NCBI GenBank assembly: GCA_002245135.1
Contig: NGBS01000889.1
Span: forward strand, 120,908 to 140,907
Length of the DNA: 20,000 nucleotides
Direction: 5' to 3'
From: Proteromonas lacertae
Lineage: Eukaryota
Shown here: piece by piece, positions 10,449 through 20,000 of the stretch
Numbering within the stretch: position 1 is the first letter of the stretch
Layout of the letters: each line of letters starts with the position of its first letter
Made by a program: the position numbers and the translations under genes
Notes under the pieces: generated by a model
Databases searched by the model: none
What the model saw: the letters and a program-made list of their open reading frames with translations, nothing else
Told to the model about the DNA's origin: nothing

Positions 10449-13400
10449 ATGCGTTTTAATATTTTTGGTTTATTAGAAGCTTTACTTTTACTCAATATCG
10501 TAGTATGTGATAAAGTAGCTATATTAACAACTGATACAAATTCTAAAACTGGTTTAGAAGAAGTGATAACCAAATTTGGTAGTAAATATTCAAACACTTA
10601 TGAAGTGGATGTGAAAGTAGATAATATTGATAAAAATAATATTTTAGATAATGTTAAACAAGTAAAAGAAAAGGGTATTAAAATCATCTTTGCTTCTATT
10701 GGAATAAATGTAATTATGCCTGATGAACTTAATCAAATTGCTGTAGAAAATGAAGTATATATATTTAATATAGTGAATCATCCGTTATCTACTTGTCTCT
10801 CAAATGTTGTTTATGGTTTTGATAGTTGTTATACTCGATTTTTCGTAGTTAATCATTACAAACATCGTTACAGACATAATATAATATTGGGATATAAAAA
10901 TGAGTTTGATAAGACTTGTGTTGAGAGTTTAAGAGATTATTTAACATATTATGGAAATGATGTGTCATATTGTTTGGTAAAAGAAAATCCAAGTAGTAGT
11001 GATATAACTGATTTCTTTACAAAACTAAAAGAAATAAAAGAAAGTGTAATTATTTATAATAGCATTGGAGATGCTACTGTTATTACTGAATTTGAAAGTC
11101 TGTTTACAAGTAATCCAAATTTTGAGATGATAACTTTTTCAATCCCAATAAATGAATTTAAGGATTATAATCCAATAAGTAAAGAGAATATGATAGCTAA
11201 TATGTTATTAGTTGATACAACTGAAATGAGTAATGATTTAAACACTCCATCAACAACAGTAGATCCAACCTCAACAGTTCCAACAACTACACCACCTCCA
11301 CCAACTCCATATTCTGATGAACAAGTTATTCTATATACAATATTGAAAATATTATCAAGCCAAAGAATCAACAATAAACTTGATTATGAACAAACTCGAT
11401 TCAATTTCTATAATCAGAAATATGAAATTATCAGTAATTTATCAATATCGTTATTATCCAATCATCGATTAATAGGAAATATAAAAATCGGTTATGTAGA
11501 TAGTGGTGATATGGTAATAAAAGAAGTAATAAAAGTTCCATTCAATGTACCAAGTAGTCAAGTGAATGGATTTCCATCCAATAAATATTGTAATTTAATA
11601 AAATCTGATAATTATTTAAGTGATGAAACCTATTTTATTGGTATAATAAGTAATACTAAAGGTGATTTAAGCTACTTTGATGGTTATACATTAGACAGTT
11701 TAGAGATAAGTATAGATGAATATTACTCGAAATCTTCAATTCTTGGAAAATCATTGATATCCATATACTTTGATGGATCAAAAGAATCATCAATCATCCA
11801 ATCTGAGATTGATTCAAAGCTGAAAGAATATAATATAATCTGTATAGTAAATACACTAGAATATGGTAAATTGGAAGAGATAGTAAGTGAAAAATATAAA
11901 TTTCCCTTTTTACATTTAGGAAGTGTAAGTGGTGATAATTGTAATGGAAATGTATTATACAGTCAACCAATGACTTATAATCTAATAACTCGAAGTTATC
12001 AAAATTTATTAAAGAAACATCAGAATGTTTTTATATTATATTCAAGTGAGAAGTCTTCAGTCAAAAGCTATGAGATAATTTCTTCATTTATAAAAGGTGA
12101 AAAGAATTTAAACTATAAAGGAAGTTATGAAATGAAAGATGTAAGTGAGACAAGTGGAAATAATGCTATCGACGAAATAAATACATATTGTAAAGGCAAT
12201 TGTTTGATAATAAGTGTAATAGAAAGAGAATATAATTACTGGTTTTTCTATAAATATAATGAAACAATAACAATGAATAGTGTAGATTATCCAGTGTTGA
12301 GTTTAAGTTTAGATGAAATAATAGTTAATCATTATGAAAAAGAGATCTTTGAAAATGCAATAATAATGAATAGCTATATAAATAGTTATGAAAGTGAGAG
12401 TAGTAAATCTTTGAAAGAATCTTTAAAAGTATTTAGTGATGAACCAATATTAACCTCGACAATGTCTTTAAGTTATTCAATAATAAAACTATTTGTTGAA
12501 ACAATCAATCTGATAGGTCAAGTGGATTTTAAATCATTTAAAGAATCACTTGAACATTCAATAAGTGAAAGTGCAGGAGGAAGAATCAGTTGGAATAATG
12601 AAGGATATTTAGAAAGTTATTTATTTATTGGTATAATAAAAAATGGAACAGCTGAATTAGAATCAAAATCTATCTATATTGATCAAAGTATGAGTTTTTC
12701 AGATATATATCGAAAATGTGATTGGTGTAATGGTAAAGAAATAAAGCAATCCTATTATATTGCTGTTTATATAAGAATATCAACAAAATATGATGATTTA
12801 TATGACGATTTCTACAGTCAATATTTTTATGGAATGACAGCTGCAACAAACCGATTACATGGTGGAATAAATAATCATCGAATAATACCTCGAAGACCAA
12901 TAATCCGAAGTTTATCTGAATTAACTAATTATATGGATCGTTATTATAATGATAGTGCAATTGTTGCCTTTTTTGGAAGTGAATCATATCTTTTTTTAAA
13001 ATATATATAATTAATATATTAGAATAATTTCTTTAATATCAATTTCAGAAATGAAGAAAGAGAAATAATGAATAAATATTTGATAAGAGGAGATAAACTA
13101 TTATTTGTAGTTAATCCAGGAGAAGGTGAAGAATGTTATAAGAATATAGTGACATTAAATCGAATTCCCAACCATTACAGTGATTTATTATTAGGTTATT
13201 TTTCTCAAGAAAGTGAAAATTGTGTAATAATCCATTTAGATACTAATTCAAGTAGATTAATCAGTTCCAATGTAAAGAAGAGTTCAGAAATAATAAAATC
13301 CATAACCTGTGTAGAAATTGAATTAAAGAATACTAGTTATGAGAGTATAAATGAAACAATAAATGAAATTCACTGTAATTACAGTAAAGTGTCAATATAT

Positions 13401-16400
13401 ACCATAATAAATGATAATATAATTGAATTTTTAGATTTAATGAATGAGAATGATATGAATCGAAAGAATTATAAAGTAATAATTCTAGATATAGTAGAAA
13501 ACATAATAGATTGTAACAAAGGAGATAATAATCGATTCAATGATGTTTATTTTATTTCCAGTTATTCAAATCTTTTAGATAGTGGATCTAATTTTGCTTG
13601 GATGGAATTTATAGATTCTAATTCTGGGAAATCAAATGAAATGTGTAATGAGATAAGTTATGCAATGTTTAATTCATTATCAATTTTAAATTCAGTTATG
13701 CCATTGATAAATGATGAAAAGGAGTGAATCAATACTAAAAGAGTTATATCGAAATAAATATGATTTGCCAATAGGCTACAATTCGATTGAAAGTAATAAT
13801 TTAATTGGAATAAAGATTTTCTTGAATCATTATATAAATAATGAATATGAAATAATATTATTACCTCGAAATGGTTTTAGATTACAAAATCAATATTCAA
13901 TGGTATTTCGTGAAGATGATGATGAATATAAAAACGATTTTACAGTAAGTGATAAATTAATAAAAAGTTCTAATACAAGAGTAGGAATTTGGTTAAATGA
14001 AGATGATAAAGATGATCGAATCTATTACATTCTAAAACAATATGAAATATATATAAATTCAAATGGAGGATTTAAAGGAAATTCACTTCAATTGTCAGTT
14101 CGATATTGTTTAGATAATAGTGAAAAGTTAAGTGAGATGATAAACAATACTGATTATGAAATAATAATTAGTAATTGTAATAGAGAAATAATAGAAAGTC
14201 ATAAAAGTGAAATAGAAGAACATAATGTTACTATTTTTTCAATTCGCCAAGAAGATTCAAATATATGTGATGATAAAATGTATATATATATATATATATA
14301 TATTGTTTTGTTATATAATATTTAAATAGAATTCACTCATCCACATCTCCATCTCGAAGAATCTTACCATTAATAGAATATTTATTATCTGAATCTGTAA
14401 CTAAGATAATCTTGATTTATCCAATTGGTTTTGAAGAAACATCTGATTATGAATTATTAAATAGTTCAATAAATGCATTAGGAGCGATAATCTCAAAAGA
14501 ATATAAAGTAAATGAAACAGATATAGAAAATATAAAATCAAAAGTATCATCTGCAATTTCTTCAGTAAGAAAATACTTAAATGATGGTGGTATAATATTT
14601 AATTTCTTAGAAAGTGAAACAAGTAATATAATGTATGAAAAACTATTCAATATAATGAGTTATTTAAATCATAAAGAATATGAAAACAGTTTAGAAATCT
14701 CATCTAAATATCGAATAGTATCAAGAAAAATCGAAAATTTCAAGAAAGTTGATAAAAAATATCGAGAAGGTCATTATTGTGAGAGTTTATGTTATTTATC
14801 TGATGATAGTTTAATAAGTGAATTGAGAATGTCAACCTTTGGAAATGATAGTGTATTATCTGAAAGTGAATCAATTGGAATAGCCACAATCGAATATATA
14901 ATAAATGGTTTAAAATCTGATATAAACTCAATTAATATATTGGAATATCTTCAATCTAATTCAATAAGTACATCTTTTGGAAAAATCTCAATCGGATCTG
15001 ATAATTATGTAAATTTCCCAATGTCACTATTAACTAGTAAAGATGGTAAAATGGTAGAAAAAGTGATATTATATAAGAAATGGGATAGTGATACTTATCG
15101 TAGTAATTTTAATGAAATACTATCAAATCGAAAAGAATGTGATATAAAGAATAATAATAATAATAACAATAAAAACAAAATAGTAATATCATTAGTATTA
15201 TTATATCCAAGTACTGGTTCATTTGCTTATCGTGGAGTGGATTTAATATCTAGTTATTTATCAACAATTGAATATTTAAACAAAGAAGAAAGTGGAAGTG
15301 GTTTATACTATAATCCAATAATATATGATAGTGGAGGTGATGTTGAAAGTATACGAAGATTTATTCATGAGATAAAATCTAAATATAAAACATTATTTGT
15401 CTTTGGTCTTTATGGTGATGAATTAAAAGATCAATTTTTGACTGATTTCGAAGAAGAAGGTTTAATATTATTTTATCCAACAGATTATGATGGTGATGAT
15501 TGTAATAAGAATGTATTTTATACTGGAATTCCATTTCCAACAAAATATCCAGTAATATCTTGGATAGATTCTCATTTAGGTAAGACAATCTATGTAGTAT
15601 ATTCCGAAGGTGTAAGTTATAAAGAAATGGCAAATCAAGTAAATATGTGGTATAAAGAAAGAGGAATAAATGTGATAAGACTATTTCAAATTCCAATGAT
15701 AAACTATAAAATGGAAGATATAGTTTCAACAATCACTAATGAGTTAAGTTCCGGTGTGATAATCTCCTTATTAGATGGTAAAGCAGCAACTGATTTTTTG
15801 ATTGAAATGGATGAGAAAGGACATAAATATCCAACCTACAAGATAGTGAATTTCTTTATAAGATCAGTTGATTCTATAGCTATATCAAATCGTATAAATG
15901 GTCATTACATGTGTTTCAGTCATACAGATATAATAACTGAATTATATAAACCTGGAGATAAACTAACAGAAATATTTCAAACCACTTTTGCTCATTATAC
16001 AACCGATGCCGAATTGTTACCAAGTGCAATAATATCGATTTTACTAGTTGATAATACTCTCAAATCATTAAATCTAAAAGTAGATGAAAATAATGCAAAT
16101 ACTATTCCTTATAGTTTTAATGATGTATTAGACAAACTGCATGAAGGAAATAGTATAAGTTATTTCCCTAAGATTCATACTGGTGTAAATCATCATGTTA
16201 GTTATTCATTTAGTTTGTATGAAATGTCATCTGATTCTACTAATGGTTATAATACAAAATCTGTTCTTAGTATAACAAGTGAATCAACAGCAAATGAATA
16301 TAACAGTCATTATTTAAGTGAAGGAATATATCAATGTGATTGGATTCGAAATAATGAAAGTGGTAAAATAAGTGAAGAATATGTATTGGTTGGTTTGTTG

Positions 16401-19400
16401 ATTTCAATAAGTGGAAGTACAAGTGAATTAGAATATACAGCAATTGATCCAATAGTTGGTGGAATAAAATCAATAAATGAGAATGGTGGATTAAATGGTT
16501 GTTTTGTTGATTATAAGATATTTGATACAGGAAGTAAATCTGAATTGGATGTAATAAAAGAAGCAATAAAGAATCCAAAGATAGTGACATTTATTGGTTG
16601 TTATTTGAACAAATGTAGAACAACTGTATCAAAATTCTTATTAGAATATGATAAATTATTGTGGTATCCAACAATATTTCAAGGCCAAGAATGTTCTTAT
16701 AATGTATTTTACACCGGAGCAATACCAAATCAATTTATTGATCCAATAGTGACATATTTAGCATCAACTGTAGATGATTATTCAAAATCTCTATATTTTC
16801 TTGGTTATACTGGTGAATTTAGTGATGATATATTTAGAGTATTATCATTTAAATTGTCAGGTAGTTATGAAGTTCAAACATATTATGTAAATGATTTATC
16901 TCAACAGAATGATGTTTCAAAAACTATTACTCAAAATTATTTAGGTGGAACTATTATTACTACACTACCCGATATAGAATTAGCATCATTTTTAGAATAT
17001 TTTGATCAATATGTGATTGATGGATCTGTGTTTAGATATATATGTTTAAATGCTGATAGGTCAATAATGAAATTAACTTCTCACACTGCTTCATATGAAC
17101 TATTGTTAGTTGGTTCATATTTTGATGAAATGAATCCTGATTCTAAATTCCATAATGAAATATATGAATATACAGGAAGAACAAGTCATACAATGTATGG
17201 TGATTCAGTTTATATAGCATTACAGTTTTGGTCTAAAGCTGTGAATGCATCTCATAGTTTTAATGAATTAGATTATATTCCACATATGTATTTATCAACA
17301 GTTGAAAGTGGAAGTGGAAAAGTAGAAATGAATAACAACCATTATACATCATTATTTTTCTATATAGCAAGATGGAAAAGGAATAGTGAAGAGATGGAAA
17401 TAGTATCTTCTCAATCTGTTACTCAAACTCCAATGGCATGGAATTGGGATATAGAAAGTACACATGGTTATATATGTAATTATAATGATAGTTCAATAGG
17501 TGAAAAGAAACAGATAAAAGCATTAGATGTTTTACTTGTAATATCTAACAGTGGTGGAAGTAGATCTTTATATACTGGTTTACAAACAATAATTAATTTA
17601 GCAATGAATGAAGTGACTGAAAAATATAAAGGAGGATTATTAAATCGAGAATTCTTTCTTACAGTGGTTGATGATGAATCAGATAATGACATCTGTGTAG
17701 ATAAAGTGAAAGAAACGCTTAAAACCTTAAATCCAGATGTGATATTTACTACTTCAACTTCTGATTGTGTTAAATCATTTTTTGCCTTCAATGGCTCATC
17801 TTGCTATTCCGTTATTCCGAATAAACTATGCAGGAGGAGAATTATGTGAAGAAAATGTGTTTATATCAAGTAAAGAACCAAGTGTGCTTGATCGAATAGT
17901 GGATATTTATTATGATATCAATGATGAATCTAAATGTAATTTCCATATAATTGGAACAACTGATGCTTATAGTAAAAAGGCAGTTGAATATTTAACAAAA
18001 TATTTAGAATTTAAATCTGCTACTTTGTTATTATCTAAAACAGTTGATCCAGGTTTAACTGATTTTAATGAAATTATGAATGATATAGTTGAATCTTCTC
18101 CAAATGGTGGAACAATAATCTTTTTTGGAAGTAAAGAGAATCATCTTGGTTTATCAAAAGCATTTTCTGATAATAATGTTGATTTATCAAAGATTCATTT
18201 GATTAGTTATACAACAGGTGAAAATATGATAGGAACAAATGTGAATGAATTTTATTCTTCTCAAGCTTTCTTCAGTGCTTTAGAAACCAGTAAAAGTAAA
18301 GAATTTGTTTCAAAAGTAAAAGCATATACAAGTGATCCAATCTCTGAATTAATGGAATCTACATATGTGATATTTAATATTTGGGCTGAAGCAGTAGAAG
18401 AAGCAGGAAGTACAAATCTAAGTATGATAAATAAATACATTTATAATCGAGAATTTGATTCTCCTGAAGGAAAAGTGAGTTTAAAGCCAAGTAATTACTT
18501 ATCTCATTTCTTATCATTTGCATTATTTAAAGACAATAAATTTACAATTGAATATACTTCTAGTTCTGAGATAGTTCCTGTTGTTTATAAGAAGTTTGTA
18601 AATGATGGAACATATCTTTGTGATTTTGCTGATAAAACAATTGGATCTCATCATAAAGATCAAACAGTGACAATAGGAGTAATAAATTCTTTGACAGGAA
18701 CATTCAGTGTAACTGAAAGAGCTTTATCTGATGGAATAATATTAGCAGCAAATGAAATAAATACAAATGGTGGAGTGTTGGGAAGAAAAATCTTATTAGA
18801 AGTGAGAGATCCTGAATCGAATTTAGAAAAATATGTAAGTCAATCTAAAGATTTGTGTCGATTAGATGAAGTAGTAGCTGTATTTGGTAATGGAAGATAT
18901 AAGAATCTAATGAATATGTATAAGACATTTGAGCAATATAAAAAGCCTTATTTTTATCCAGGAGTAACAGCAACCGAAGTATGTAGTGGTTATACTTTTG
19001 TAAGTCAATCCACAACAAGTCAAATAGTTCGATCATTTGAAAAATATGTTTATCCATATTATAAATCATTCATATTAGTGATGGATATAAGTAATTCATT
19101 TTCTGTAGTTCTTTGTAAAGCCACAATTCCAAGTATTGAAAGAATAAATGGGAAGATATATGGACCATATAATTATACTGATTTAGATCCATTATACAAT
19201 TTAGGAATGGAAATAATCAGTAAAAGTGCAATAATTCATGTATCTGGAGCAGATGCCGAGAATCCAATATATACTTATTACTGTTCTCATGGAATAACAG
19301 GTAAAACAGCTCATATTTATAGTGCAACATTAGATTCTCGAATAGTGTCATCACTTGATTTTAGTTGTATGGCTGGAGTATCAGTAGTAACAACATTTAT

Positions 19401-20000
19401 TCAAGAAATGGGTGATGCAAGTTCTGATTCATTAACTTATCTAGCAGCTGCAGAGACATTTGTAACAGCAGTGAAGAATAGTTTTGGAAATAAAGTGATA
19501 ATCTCAGCTGCAATGGAAGCTGCTTATACAGCTGTGAAACTATGGGCAGATGTAGTAACAAACACTTATTCCTTTGATACTGAATCTCTTCGATCTACAA
19601 TATATGGTTATACATATGATAGTCCAACTGGTTTATTGGAAATGAATACTAATGGAATAGCCAATCGAATCATGTTTTTAGCTGAAGTGACTGAAGAAGG
19701 TAAATTTCGAATAACTGAATCTGCTTCAAAACCAGTTCAATCTGAAGCATATGATCAATTAATAGAAGGAAATGCAGGATATACATGTGATTGGACAGAT
19801 AAAGGAGATTATTATTTATTAAAGAATATGAAAGTAATATTTATTCATGAAGAGAAGAATCGAGAGAGAGAATTGATATTACAGAATTATGAATCTTATA
19901 TGATTCAAGATATAAACTATAACAAACTGAATGGTTATTTTATAATTCCAGTGTTTATATATGGTAGTAATGCTGAAGAATTCCATGAGAGATTAAGTCC
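10449..20000 (+). CDS. Giant secreted/surface protein with >=9 tandem UrtA/AmiC-like PBP1 domains, copy B; two +1 frameshifts; open at window end
   Basis: ATG 10449 with signal-peptide-like MRFNIFGLLEALLLLNIVVC. Introns 12986-13048 and 14280-14329; frame changes at 13721-13722 and 17778-17783. The frame from 17785 has no stop through 20000 (translated by hand; absent from the ORF track). UrtA-like motifs: TIGVINSLTGTFSVTE...EINTNGGVLGRKI...VVAVFG, LLWYPTIFQGQECSYNVFYTGAIPNQ and GYTCDW. Confidence 0.85.
12986..13048 (+). other. 63-nt putative U12-type AT-AG intron, copy B intron 1
   Basis: 5' ATATCTTTT; TTTCTTTAAT at 13028-13037 with its adenines 12-13 nt from the AG; 3' TTTCAG. Spliced AFFGSESNEEREIMNKYLIRGDKLLF aligns without gaps to TFIGCYLNKCRTTVSKFLLEYDKLLW in repeat 6. 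Confidence 0.75.
14280..14329 (+). other. 50-nt GT-AG intron with (TA)11, copy B intron 2
   Basis: Removal joins the 13711 ORF in frame to the 14412 ORF (AT|A = Ile). Confidence 0.85.

Larger units (their letters stand above)
10558..14402. repeat. Right arm of the inverted repeat (partner 1-3842)
   Basis: Differences seen: substitutions at 10977, 12549 and 13954, a patch at 12147-12182, an extra G at 13721-13722, and (TA)11 versus (TA)10. Synonymous sites were only spot-checked. Confidence 0.97.

Noticed and set aside
12147..12182. Diversity-generating retroelement TR/VR pair explaining the variable patch
   Set aside because: Five of the 17 differences involve no adenine in either copy, changes look conservative, and no reverse transcriptase is visible.
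12963..13056. Canonical GT-AG solutions for intron 1
   Set aside because: 12979-13022 and 12979-13048 break the frame. 12963-13022 removes the conserved VAFFG strand, and 12979-13056 deletes five aligned residues and uses a weak GAAG acceptor. Disfavoured, but not excluded without RNA data.
1..14402. Transposon or viral terminal inverted repeats, or a pure fold-back read artefact
   Set aside because: The arms are protein-coding paralogues with no transposase or integrase. Distinct but homologous N-termini and the divergent patch would not arise from a simple fold-back.
13000..17850. Alternative genetic code or stop readthrough explaining the ORF breaks
   Set aside because: Every break is explained by an intron or a single-base insertion, and TAA, TAG and TGA each terminate a neighbouring gene.
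1500..19069. Short antisense or overlapping ORFs in the track (e.g. 1500-1730, 3026-3235, 5018-5398, 6992-7222, 15379-15732, 17480-17791)
   Set aside because: Low-complexity shadows of real genes on the opposite strand, with no recognisable motifs.
10449..20000. Bacterial urt operon or contaminating prokaryotic contig
   Set aside because: Domains are fused in one reading frame with spliceosomal-type introns, there are no permease or ATPase genes, and neighbours are eukaryotic.

Overview
Very AT-rich eukaryotic (protist) DNA with dense, tiny GT-AG introns (mostly 26-38 nt), which resembles Blastocystis-like stramenopiles (organism is inferred, not proven). A central block holds four intron-rich genes: PNUTS/PPP1R10-like (-), CRAMP1/TKI1-like SANT protein (-), MYCBP-like (-) and RTF1 (+). 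The block is flanked by two inverted, outward-facing, nearly identical copies (1-3842 versus 10558-14402) of a giant secreted or surface protein gene. The + copy (10449 to >20000, >3100 aa) encodes a signal peptide and at least 9 tandem domains resembling bacterial UrtA/AmiC urea/amide periplasmic-binding proteins. Both copies carry a 63-nt intron with minor-spliceosome (U12-type) signals and AT-AG ends, which suggests minor-intron gain in a gene of bacterial ancestry. The copies differ mainly in promoter and signal peptide and in one 36-nt hypervariable patch. The + copy has two +1 frameshifts.
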